Of a stretch of 64,000 nucleotides of DNA, positions 11,985 to 23,405 are shown piece by piece. Numbering within the stretch: the first letter of the stretch is position 1; each line of letters opens with the position of its first letter. Source of the DNA: Cladosporium halotolerans (taxonomy: Eukaryota); the NCBI RefSeq assembly GCF_011745625.1, contig NW_027191457.1, positions 868,001 to 932,000 of the forward strand, given 5' to 3'. The notes beneath the pieces were generated by a model that was not told where the DNA came from, searched no databases, and saw only the letters and a program-made list of their open reading frames with translations. Made by a program: the position numbers and the translations under genes.

Positions 11985-12180
11985 GGCCGGACCATAAAGG
12001 TGAGCTATGGCACTAGTATTGGGTTGTTGGTTGGGGCCCTAGGAGCAATCGCCGTCACTTGGGATTTAATTTGCAGAGGAGGAAAGAAACGGATTTCACA
12101 GTTGGACGGCTCGAAGTGCCGACTATGGGACTATGACTTATGTCTCATCAAGTTTCCAATAGAAACGCGTACATAGCCTC
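11985..12180 (+). repeat. Diverged direct repeat copy 2, an isolated MFS 3'-end fragment
   Basis: Translates KVSYGTSIGLLVGALGAIAVTWDLICRGGKKRISQLDG, matching the C-terminus of the 10060-10541 pseudogene. Confidence 0.85.
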
Positions 12181-13124
12181 TCCTGCTCCTCTTGAATTGG
12201 CCTCACGTAGCTGCGCGTCCGTGCATCAGAAAAGAAATCCATGGTCGGTAAGCCAGCGATGTGCAAGAACATGTACTTTGAATGATATGTACTATTAATG
12301 GGGTTAGGGGCGACGTCAGCTGCGTATCTCGGTGGCCTTCGAGTCCCAGGGGGGATTGCTCGAGTCAGTAGTCTCGCCCCTTGAATTCCAACAAAGGGTC
12401 TCCCTATTGGATTTTCGATATGAAGGTGGCGAGGGTTGTCGGTAGTCGAGCAGTCTGCTTCTCGCGGCAAACGTAGAGCAAACATGACTTGTGGAAACGC
12501 AGCTGACGGTGATGGCCAGAATGGCCCGATGCCGTAAAGTTTCGGCGGCAGCGTGAGCCGGCGTTTGCGACGACAGTGGCGGCGAGCCTTACATGATCAA
12601 TTGAAGCGTGTGGCAGGATAGCCGAGCGAAGGATGACAGGCACTCGAGCCCTCGAGGCACTTTGCGGAGCCCGACCCGTGCACGCAACGGCTCGACCTAA
12701 TCGACGGGCCACGGATGTCCACAGCGCTATACCGGTGCTAGAGGATAGGGCCGCCACTACCACCACCGCCTCTCCAGACGCTCCGTCGCTGCCCACCGTG
12801 ACCTGCTCGTCACCGTTCGCTTGCGGCTGAATCGCCTGCCCGCTTGACCACACCGCGCCGCCGAGACCTGTGACCAGGCGGTCTGCTATCGTACCGCCGC
12901 TGACGCCCAGAACGACGAGAAGGAAGACAGGGACAAGGACAAGCATGACCCGGGACTAGGCCTGGACCGCCCTGACGTGATTCAAACACCCTGCCGACCA
13001 TTCAAGAACCCTCCAGTCTTCGCACACCAGTCACGCAATCGGTCGGCCAGCTCACACCCAGTACAAGCCCGATCGCTCGTCACACATACACTGCGACCGC
13101 TAAGAGGAGGTTACTGTACACATT

Positions 13125-15491
13125 ATGGAGGACGACAGTTGGTCGCGGCGCAGGTCCTCTGGCGCCATGGATTACGCTGCAGCAACCGACGACGAGTCGC
13201 CGCCTTTGTCGCGTATGGCGTCGCAAAAGGCCAGCCGATTCTACACCTCTCGCAACGGCAAGGCCGCTGCAACTTCACGGTCGCGACCACTGAACCAGTC
13301 CGGCTCAATGAGCAGTGGCCCCAGCATGCCCATACCAATACCCGCGAACCCCAGCGTGATTCCGGGCAACACTCTGCCTTCTGCGCCCGCAAGCCCTCCT
13401 ACACCCGCGCCTAGCCCGACGCCCATGCAGCGACAACCGGACTGGAGTACCGCGGGACCCACCGAGGACATAGGAGATATCGACCTGGACGACCCGCCCT
13501 TGTTATCTGCTCACGCAAGTCTCGCCAGCTCGACCAAGGGTTATGGAATAGGATTCAGACACATGCGCGCCACGTTTGCTGACATGGACGGCGACGAGCG
13601 CCAGCGTATGCTCGCGGAGCTACTCAATATGTGCGACGGGAAACTGTTGGCGTTTGTGGCCAACTTTGTAGGGCCGAGGCTGAAACGAGATCCTTTCTCT
13701 GTTTTGCCTAACGAGCTGTGTTTGCGAATACTTACATTCATTGATGATGCTACGACACTTGCTAGGAGCAGTCAGGTCAGCAGACGATGGAGGAAGCTAG
13801 TCAGCGACGACATGGCATGGAAGAGCCTTTGCGAGAAGCATGCATACCGGCGGCTTAGCGACGAGGGTCATGGGCCTAGTACAAGGCCAGTTGTACTGCC
13901 TAATCCCTTGGCATCCTCAAGCTTACAGAGCGAGCACCGCTTTGCACAGCACTCACACCCGTACGGTGCACACATGCAAGGCTTTGGGCAGTTCAATAAC
14001 CCATCCATTGCGCCTCTCTCGTCAAGCGCTCCCGACTTGACGCGGCGACCAAGCCCGATGAACGATCGTTCAGTCTTCCAGCAGAGCCTATCTGCTCGAG
14101 GCAGCACTAGGCGTGTTCCACAGCGACCGAAGACTGTCAGTTACAGATCACACTTCAAACACCGCTACCTCATCTCCAAAGCGTGGCGAGCAGGCGGCTC
14201 GCTGTCAGCGCACACCATTACACCGGACCAGGGCGTGGTCACATCTCTGCACTTGACCTCGCAATACATCATTGTTGCCCTCGATAACGCCAAGATACAT
14301 GTCTTTAGTCCTCATGGCGAGCACCTTCGCTGCCTGCAGGGCCACGTCATGGGCGTCTGGGCCATGGCACCCTACGGCGACACTCTTGTCAGTGGTGGGT
14401 GTGACCGCGACGTAAGAGTTTGGGATCTGAACACTGGCCAGGCTGTTTTCCAACTTCGTGGTCACACATCGACTGTCCGATGTCTCAAGATTGCACCTTC
14501 GCGAGGCCCTGGACAGTCTGACCTCGCCATCTCTGGTTCACGAGATACCACCCTTCGCATCTGGGACATAACGAAGGGCGTGTGCAGACATGTCCTGGTG
14601 GGCCATCAAGCTAGTGTGCGTTGCCTTGACATTCACGGTGATCTCGTCGTCTCTGGCTCCTACGACACCACAGCGCGCATCTGGTCCATCAGTGAAGGCC
14701 GATGCCTCCGGACGCTGCAGGGCCACTTCAGCCAGATCTACGCCGTCGCTTTCGACGGTCGCCGCGTCGCCACGGGCTCTCTCGATACCTCTGTTCGTGT
14801 CTGGGACCCGCACACTGGCCGCTGTCTCGCACAGTTGCAAGGCCACACTTCGCTCGTCGGCCAGCTACAGCTCCGCGGCGACACCCTCGTCACGGGCGGA
14901 TCTGACGGCAGTGTTCGCGTTTGGAGCTTGCAGACTCACTCGGCCATCCACCGCCTGGCGGCTCACGATAACAGCGTGACGTCTCTCCAGTTCGACGATG
15001 TCCGCATCGTCTCCGGCGGTTCCGATGGCCGTGTGAAGGTCTGGGACCTTGCGAGCGGCAGGCTTGTGCGCGAGCTAGGGTCTCCGGCCGAAGCGGTCTG
15101 GCGCGTCGTCTTCGAGGAAGAGAAAGCCGTCGTGCTCGCCTCTCGTGCCGGCCGGACGGTCATGGAAGTCTGGTCGTTTGCTCCGCCGCCCGATGAGATC
15201 GAGGATGCGGTCGTCGGCCGATTTGTCAGCTCGCGAAGCGGCATTGGATCAACGCCTGCGGCTCCACCGGCGCCATACAGAGATCCTTTGTACGGCGACC
15301 GGCCTACGTACGAACAGGACGGCAAGACTGTTATGGGGCAGTCCGATGCTGAGCAAGCACAGGCTGCGGAGCAGGACCAGGAGCTCACGAGACCAGACGA
15401 CGTCTTGCCTGATGTCTATCCACAGGAGCTTGTGTGTGCTACCGAAGACGGTGTCGCGGGGCCTTCGACTAGCAATTCCGAGAGGTCATGA
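13125..15491 (+). CDS. F-box/WD40-repeat protein (SCF substrate receptor, Cdc4/Fbw7 superfamily)
   Basis: F-box DPFSVLPNELCLRILTFID..QVSRRWRKL. About seven GH..WD repeats (GHVMGVWAM, GHTSTVRCL, GHQASVRCL, GHFSQIYAV, GHTSLVGQL, AHDNSVTSL). Confidence 0.92.
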   Translation: MEDDSWSRRRSSGAMDYAAATDDESPPLSRMASQKASRFYTSRNGKAAATSRSRPLNQSGSMSSGPSMPIPIPANPSVIPGNTLPSAPASPPTPAPSPTPMQRQPDWSTAGPTEDIGDIDLDDPPLLSAHASLASSTKGYGIGFRHMRATFADMDGDERQRMLAELLNMCDGKLLAFVANFVGPRLKRDPFSVLPNELCLRILTFIDDATTLARSSQVSRRWRKLVSDDMAWKSLCEKHAYRRLSDEGHGPSTRPVVLPNPLASSSLQSEHRFAQHSHPYGAHMQGFGQFNNPSIAPLSSSAPDLTRRPSPMNDRSVFQQSLSARGSTRRVPQRPKTVSYRSHFKHRYLISKAWRAGGSLSAHTITPDQGVVTSLHLTSQYIIVALDNAKIHVFSPHGEHLRCLQGHVMGVWAMAPYGDTLVSGGCDRDVRVWDLNTGQAVFQLRGHTSTVRCLKIAPSRGPGQSDLAISGSRDTTLRIWDITKGVCRHVLVGHQASVRCLDIHGDLVVSGSYDTTARIWSISEGRCLRTLQGHFSQIYAVAFDGRRVATGSLDTSVRVWDPHTGRCLAQLQGHTSLVGQLQLRGDTLVTGGSDGSVRVWSLQTHSAIHRLAAHDNSVTSLQFDDVRIVSGGSDGRVKVWDLASGRLVRELGSPAEAVWRVVFEEEKAVVLASRAGRTVMEVWSFAPPPDEIEDAVVGRFVSSRSGIGSTPAAPPAPYRDPLYGDRPTYEQDGKTVMGQSDAEQAQAAEQDQELTRPDDVLPDVYPQELVCATEDGVAGPSTSNSERS

Positions 15492-16375
15492 CACTCCTCA
15501 CGGCGAACAAGAGACAACTCCGGAGACGACATTGATTTTGATCCCGTATCAAAGGATGTATGCAGCCTAGCGAGCATCCTCTACTCGCGAACAGCCAGAC
15601 CTAGCCACAGGCCCGCTATCAAAGCAGAGGCTTTTACCTGCAAGGTAACTGACGGCAGGGTCTTGGCACATGAAGAATCAAAATCCCGCCAAGCCCCGTA
15701 TGGACGTGGCCGCATTGCGGACAATTTGCTATGCGCCGCAAGAGCGGGACACGAGTTGTTGGAACCATCGGAGAATTGTTGTCAATTGAGGAACAGACCA
15801 TCGCACATGCACTTGGCAGCACTAGAATCCGTCGAAGGCGTTCTGACAGGCGTTTACTGAGGCCCTCACGAGGAGCATCTATGGACCGGGCATGAATTAG
15901 AGGACGGGACAAGGGGAGCTTTTGCAATTCAGCATCTTGGTAGGGAAACACGTCGGGCGCTCCATTGCAGTTGGTAGTTCTTTTTGATTGTTTGGCACCT
16001 CGAAGGGAGCTTTGCGCAGCCGCAAAGCTGCCTTTATCCGGGATTGAATTCGTTTTTGAACATTATTGGTCTTGAATTACGTTATGTGGGTACTCTATCT
16101 CGCTCTTCTGCCGGGCGATCTTGATCTATGGGAAGTCGAAATGGCTGCCGTTGTCCGCCGCACGTGTTTGTCCGCGCGTACTCCTCTCGATGCTGACGCG
16201 AACGCTTCGTGTGGTGCTCTGCCGCGATCCTGATCGCTCGCTTTGGCTCGTCTGACAGGGCCCGTTGCGGACAGCGGCTTTCATCGATACGCAAATCGGG
16301 GTCGAGGGAGGTAGGGTCGATTCCGGTCTCAGCTGAACCAAGTGACTGATGGTCGCTTGGAAACGCAAGGGCTGC

Positions 16376-17473
16376 TCAGTGGCCGCCAGTGGTGGGGAGC
16401 TGTGAAAGCGATTTTTTCAGCAAGAGTGATCGGTCTTCAGGAAAGCATTGTCAACTTACACCAAGGTAGACCTTAAAGGAGTCGTAGATCAACCACTGGA
16501 AGGCGGTCAGAGTGCCAATCATGGCAATGCGCACCGGCAGGCCGTTCCACAGCCCGCTGAACCCGATGTTCTTGTAGATTCTTCCGATCGCCTGGCCCGC
16601 GCCCTCGCCCGCCTTGCGGTCCGCGTTCAGCTTCGACACCATGACGTCCGCCGGGTGCGAGATCACCGCGCAGCCAATACCGGCGATGTAACCGCCGAGG
16701 AACGACACGCCCGTCTGCTGCAGCGTACCGTACGCCTCCTTAGGCTTGCCTAGCGTCGCGTAGATCTGCGCGACGGCGGACTCGAACGTCGCGAACTTGA
16801 CCATGGTGTACGGGATCTGGCGCGCCCACAGCGGGTACAGGCCCTTGTACAGACCGCCAAAGCCTTCCTCGCTCACGACCTTGGACCAGCCCTCGCGCAG
16901 GTTGTTGGCGTACGGCGGGAGCGTGGTCTGCATGCGGACTTTGATCGCCTCAAAGGGGCAGAGGAAGATATCGGCGATGAACTCTGCGGTCGCGGACGCG
17001 CCGAGGTACACGATCGTCTTGGGCGAGTTGGGGAAGAGCTTCTCGCCGTAGTAGTATTTGAAGACTTCGTACGCGCCGTACTTGCCGGCGCCTTGGAAGG
17101 AGTAGCCGACGAATGTGGGAGCCTGGGATTGCCGGTTAGCGATCTGCTGATTGCAATCGTATGGGGAGAAGTTGGACGTACCCATCCGAAAAAGATGCCG
17201 CGCACGCCCTCACCGCGGATGATGGTGCTCCATGCTTGTAAGTTGGATTTGTAGATTTTGGGGTCGACTTGACGGCGGCATTTTACGAGATCGAGAGGTG
17301 TCACGGCGGTGTGTGTTGGGCCGCAAGCTGGGAGATGACAATTAGAAACCAGAGCAGGGCTGATAGCTTGGAAAGCGTATGCACACACCAATGATACCAC
17401 CGAGAGTGCAGGCGCCGAAATAGGTGCCGCTGAAGAGCTCGATCTTCTTCTGGGGTTTGGGGACAGCAGACAT
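16376..17473 (-). CDS. Mitochondrial phosphate carrier (Pic2/Mir1 family); introns 17328-17388, 17123-17181, 16400-16459
   Basis: [45 protein letters not shown] carrier signatures, [12 protein letters not shown]. Last exon encodes LPTTGGH*. Confidence 0.94.
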
Positions 17474-19494
17474 GATGCTTTGCTGTATTTGAGAGGCTCC
17501 GAATACGATTTAGGTCCAGGTATTGGTCCCCAATGGCTAGAAACAAGGTATTCGCTGACGGTGTGGTCGGTCCAGATACGCAATGGGCACGTGCCTGATC
17601 AAGCGACAAAATACCAGGCGTAATTGGAGCGCGGCGACAAGGTGTATGAAGAGAGCTAAGGGGAGCGAAGGGCAAAGTGTAGTTTTCACAAGCAAGACAC
17701 CCCCAGAAACCTTCCGCAAGATCCGGCGCGACGTTGTACGCGAGTCCACCGAGGCATTGGAAAGCGATGATGCATCCACGCCGCCATCGTCATACCTCGT
17801 CCCGTTGCGACTTATCGCCAACAATCAGCGACTAGCGCGGTCGTGCTAAAAGCTTATGCGTGCCTGAGCCGGCCGGTCCGGTTCGAGGCTTCCGGCTTGT
17901 TTTCCGGGACGAAGCGTATCAAGCAGAGCGTGAGTCTCGACTTTGTGCATTATTTCGAACCGTTCCGCAACATTGCCGATGCATGCAAGGTAAAGGACAG
18001 ATAGAAATAATCCGCCATGACGCAGTTGCAATAGAGGGGACGTGCGGCCACGGGTCGCCCCTTGTGTGTCGAGTCGTGACTCCGTTTACGAGAGCAAAGT
18101 GTCTGTCTGTCGGGCAGTATTGATTACGCGCGGGTAGTAGGACAAAAGCGACAAGCCAGCGACAATGAGACGTGTCAGCATATCATGCTTGTATGGACAG
18201 CGTGTGTTAGGTCATTTGTAGTACTGGGGAGCCAGGGGACGTCTAATTAGGCTCGCGGTTCTTGCTCGCTCCTTCCTGTCCCTCAGCGCCCGAAATCGCT
18301 GTCAAGTCCTTCTCGCCGACACAGAGTGACTAACGTATCCTAACGCCAGCCTTTTCGCTCACCTCTCAACATGCAAGGATGAGCTGCGAAATCGATTCCT
18401 GGCCCTATATCTGCACTGTAGTAGCCATTGATGTTCAATCACTTCTCACACGAGCAACTTGTGCCCTGGCCCAGAGCTTGCCAGTACAATTCCGCAGAAG
18501 CAGTCTCGACCCGGGTGGAAGCCCTGTCTTGCGTCCAAGGCTGTTGCAACTTCGGCAATACATGATAAAAACATAACATGGACATATCGCAACCTCCATA
18601 GTTCTATTTCTCGCGATGAACAAAGAAAAGCAGCTCAATGCATCAACAATCAGCGTTTCATGTTCATCGCCAAGGTTCGCAAACATCTGGCATTTCCGGG
18701 TCCTGGAGATGCGACAATATCTCAGACATTCCCGGTCAGCTCCCAGACCAAACCTTTGCGCCGATCAGACACGAATCGCAATTCACGAAAGCGATCCTGC
18801 CCAAAGTGATGCGAGCGATCTACTTCAGAGATATTCGCATGCCTCAGGCAACACATCGCCGTCCTCACAACTCTCTGGGTGGCAGGGTGGAGCTTGCGGG
18901 GAAAGACCTGGCGCTCTAGGCTTTGAAGGCTGGCTTGGAGTGGGAGGAGGAGCAGCAGCAAGAGCAGCCACACGGCGAGATCGTGAGAAGAAGCAGCGAC
19001 AAGGAGCTAATTTTGTAGTGCCCCTCCCGCCCCTCGTCTTCTCCGTCCTGCTCTTCACTTCCCACCACCTGCTTGTCGTCGCACCGCCCACAACCGCTGC
19101 GCATCACCGCCGCCGCCTGCCCCGTCGCCTCCCCTCGCCCAGCCTCGCGTTTCCTGACGCTCGGCACGAATGCCCATCGCATTCCTCACCCTGCTGCCAA
19201 TCACCGTAATCGCAAGCTTCCTGCTACCTGCACTCAAAGACCAGCTGCTTCTGCTGCGCCCAATCGCCCGTCTTTGGCCCATTGATCCACCACCCCGTTG
19301 CTCTACCCCGCCAGCTGTCTCCACTCGCCGTCATCGCCCAAGCACCGATCCGCCGGCCGCAGCAGCAAGCCAGCGCGCCAGACGTCTCGCTCAACGGCGT
19401 CCGTCTCACTTGCGCGGCCGCTCCCGCCCTGTGGTGCCTTGCATTATTCGCTCCAGCACCTGGTAGCTCGCGCCAAACACCGCGCAGCTCCACT

Positions 19495-19517
19495 GCCGCC
19501 GCCGCCGCCGCCGCCGC
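19495..19517 (+). repeat. (GCC)7 microsatellite upstream of the PKA start codon
   Basis: gccgccgccgccgccgccgccgc read directly. Confidence 0.85.
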
Positions 19518-19584
19518 TGTCCTCTCCGCGGCAGCTGCTTGTCGAGCACGCCGCTCCTCCCCCAGCCTACGCCCATCCCCCCCA

Positions 19585-21116
19585 ATGCCCTCGCTCGGCT
19601 TCCTCAAGAAGAAGCGCACCAAGGACTCGCAAGGGTCCAACGATCCCAACGACCCCCAATCGCCTGGCCTCGAGCGTACCACCACCGGCGGAGGGTCGCC
19701 CATTACACCTGTGACCTCCAACAAGAGCACCAAGTCCGCCGAGCAGATGAATCAGCCCAGCCAGGCGTTCGCCGGCCAAAACGCCTCCGCCAACACTCAA
19801 AATGTGCCGTCTATTCGGAACCTGATAAATGGACCCAATTACGGCGACACTAACGCGGGATCGCAGCATGACAGCGCCTATAGCAGCGGCACGAACAGCT
19901 CGGTCCAGCACAATGCAACGCCGCAACTCAACATCCCAGGTCAAAAGGGCACCGCAAACCCAACGCGTGAGACCAAGGGCAAATACACGCTTGGTGACTT
20001 CACCCTTCAGCGCACGCTAGGGACTGGCTCCTTTGGGCGCGTACACTTGGTGCAAAGCAAACACAACCAGCGCTTCTATGCGGTAAAGGTCCTGAAGAAG
20101 GCGCAGGTGGTGAAGATGAAGCAGGTGGAACACACAAATGACGAGCGCCGCATGTTGCAGCGATGCAAACACCCCTTCCTGATCACTCTCTGGGGCACAT
20201 TTCAGGACGCCAAGAACCTGTACATGGTCATGGATTTCATTGAAGGCGGTGAGCTGTTCAGTTTACTGCGAAAATCACAGGTGCGAAGCTTCCAAGGTTC
20301 TCTGATAAGCTGTTGTCTTGTTTCATGTGCTAATCCATGTCCATAGCGCTTCCCCAATCCTGTCGCAAAGTTTTATGCCGCCGAGGTCACGCTGGCACTG
20401 GATTATCTTCATAGCATGAACATCATCTACCGTGATCTCAAGCCCGAAAACCTGCTACTCGACCGACACGGACACCTCAAGATTACTGATTTTGGATTTG
20501 CGAAGGAAGTGCCGGACATCACCTGGACTCTTTGCGGTACGCCCGATTACCTTGCACCCGAGGTTGTTAGTTCCAAAGGCTACAACAAGAGCGTGGACTG
20601 GTAAGTTGCTTATTCATCCATACCCGCAATCCACGCAGTTCGCTCACGAAATCACCAGGTGGTCCCTCGGTATCCTCATCTTCGAAATGCTGTGTGGTTT
20701 CACGCCCTTCTGGGACGCCGGTTCACCACTCAAGATTTACGAGAATATTCTCAAGGGCCGCGTGAAGTACCCGCCATATATTCACCCAGACGCCCAGGAT
20801 CTGCTTACGAAGCTCATCACGCACGACTTGACCAAGCGTCTTGGTAACTTGCACGGCGGCAGCCGCGACGTGATGCAGCACCCATGGTTCGCCGAAGTCA
20901 CATGGGAGAGGCTGGCAAAGAAAGACATTGACGCGCCGTATGTGCCACCTGTCAAGGGCGGTATCGGTGATGCAAGTCTTTTCGACAAATACCCCGAAGA
21001 GACTGAGCAGTATGGTCTGCCAGGTGATGACCCGTGAGTCACCCTTCCCTCCAAACTGTAATCTTTGCAACACTAACGGTTCCAACAGGCACGGCAAACT
21101 CTTCACTGACTTCTAG
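19585..21116 (+). CDS. pkaC1: cAMP-dependent protein kinase catalytic subunit; introns 20281-20346, 20601-20658, 21034-21088
   Basis: [14 protein letters not shown] start, [57 protein letters not shown]-terminal FTDF hydrophobic motif. Confidence 0.96.
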
Positions 21117-22305
21117 ATTCTCTGCTTGACATCTTGCTTGCCCTCGCGCTCCGGATCTCTCGAGACGGGATTGCAAGATGATAGCGGGATCTCCCACACT
21201 TTGACGATGACCTACGAAACGAAAACCAAAAATCAGATGAAAAGCCGCTAGTGCCGAAGAAAGCATCGAGAAAATCGACATCTATGATCAACCGATATTT
21301 GCAAAGCTCCCTGCACGCGGTGCTACTACAATGGGTGAAGAGCAAGCTTCCGGGGGACACCCGCTTGCCTCCGGTAGAGCATCATCACACGGAGATCGAG
21401 TCTCTGCCATTAAGGCAAATTGCCGGTAGAAGGCAAGAGGAGGAGTAACGCCAGGGCCGTGATTCTCAAGGCTTGAGCATCCACACTTTCAAATCCGTAG
21501 CTGTCATGGCGTCTACCTTGTATTAGTTGATTTTATTCTTGCTTGCATGTTGAAGCTTTTCACAGAGGGAATGCAATTTCGATGTTTTCATCCAGTCCCT
21601 CGCCATTTCCCATGCTTCCGTGTTGCTTTGCATGTGACTTCACCGTCCCGAGATCCGCCCTCCCAATTCACGATCTGTACGAGCTTACCTGCGCTGCGGC
21701 AGCACGCTTTGGGCCTCGGAGCCCTATCTTTACAGGCGAGCGTAAGCGAGGCGGGGCAGCTCAGTCTCACTACGTACCGCGAGGTGTGTTGCACCGATCA
21801 CCCGAACAGTTTCACTTTTTGGATCTGGGCGTGTAAGTATGAAAACATCATGGGTCTTGTGGGTGCGAGGGTGAGATCGCTTGTCCGACTTCCGACTCCC
21901 GTAAACGAACATGTCCTCAAAAGTACCTCGCAGCTGAGTCTACTATCGGACAAATCACTTGCTCTGCGCCGCAACCGAGGATCTCACCGGTTCGCGAGTA
22001 CTGACGAGGTGGGGTCTTCGCTGCATACCACATGGGTGGCTCGGCGGAGCCGACAGTTGATAGCCTGAATCCTTCTTCGGGTTGCACGTAGGCAGCAGCG
22101 TTGCTGTGATATGTTCCGTGTAACTAGTGTGATTTGTGACAGGCGAGGTTAGTGTCGCGGGGTTCCGCAGTAACTCTCACGAGAATAGGCGACTTGTACT
22201 TTTTGCTCCTCTCATACATACTCACAATTGATCAAACGCCCACTACTGCACTTGTTTGATATAATCCACCGGGACCACAATCGTTCCCACGCTCTCTCTG
22301 CAGAG

Positions 22306-23405
22306 ATGTCTGTTCCTCCCGAGACACCCGACGGGCACACCTCGCTGCTCGGCACGAAGAGCATTGATTTCTCCAAGCCATTGGACCTCAGTGTCTTGAA
22401 AGACAAAGTCGCGATCGTCACTGGCGGCGCTTCAGGTATTGGCCTGGGAATCGTCAAGGCGCTCGCAGAAGCTGGCGCATGGGTAGCAATTTGCGATTGC
22501 AATGAGGCACCGGGGAAAAAGGTTGAGGGTGAATTAATCAGCGAAGGACATAAGTAAGGTCATTTTCTGTTCTTGCTTTCTAGCAACGATGTTTGCTGAC
22601 ACTGCTGCGCCTACGAAGAGTCAAGTTCATTCTCACGGACGTCACGTCGTGGGATTCGCAGCTGGCCGCCTTCAAAGCCGTTCTCGACTGGACATCCTCG
22701 CGTCTTGACATTGTCATCCCGAATGCCGGCGTCCGCGGAGGACTGTCCAAGCAATCTTTCACCGATCTCTCGCCTTCAGAAGACCCACCCAAACCTCCCA
22801 CGCTTGCACTGGAAGTGAACCTTGTGGGCGTCTACTATTCCGCAATCCTCGCCATCCACTACTTCAACGCATTGAGCGCTAGCCGCGGTGCTCAAGATAC
22901 CTTCAAGCCGCAGCTGTGCTTCATCTCGTCCTTGGCTGGGTACGGAGACTTGCCCTGGTCCGTAGACTACGGCGCCGCAAAATGGGGTGTCCGAGGAATG
23001 TGGAGGGATTTGCGCGGGAAGAGAGGCGTGAATGGGCTTGGAGGCATACAGGCGAACTTGATCGCGCCGACGTACATTCGGACGGCGATGACTGCCGATT
23101 TCGTGCAGGCGGCGGAGGGAGCTGGTATCAAGGTTGGAGAGGTGGAAGATGTTGTGGCGGGCGTGTTGAGAGCTGTGGCTGATGGCGAAGTTGATGGTGA
23201 GTTATGCAAGGGAGCTCGTATTCATTGTTTAAGCGTGTGGATGCTGACTATTCGGTGCCCTACAGCAAGAGCGATCGGTATTCTGTCCGGGCAAGGCAAT
23301 GCTGGCTCCATGAACTTCGATCTCGAAGACGATCCCGTCAATCATGATGGAGGTAAAGCATTGCTTGAGGCGGTTCAGGCGGGAAAATTGGGTCCTGTAT
23401 TCTGA
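22306..23405 (+). CDS. Short-chain dehydrogenase/reductase (15-HPGD/5'-hydroxyaverantin dehydrogenase-like); introns ~22553-22618 and 23197-23265
   Basis: AIVTGGASGIG, DVTSW, NAGV, SSLAG, catalytic YGAAK (YxxxK). Confidence 0.9.

Noticed and set aside
10414..12180. Interpretation of the direct repeats as LTRs of a retroelement
   Set aside because: The repeats encode MFS peptide, lack TG..CA termini, and enclose no gag/pol remnants.
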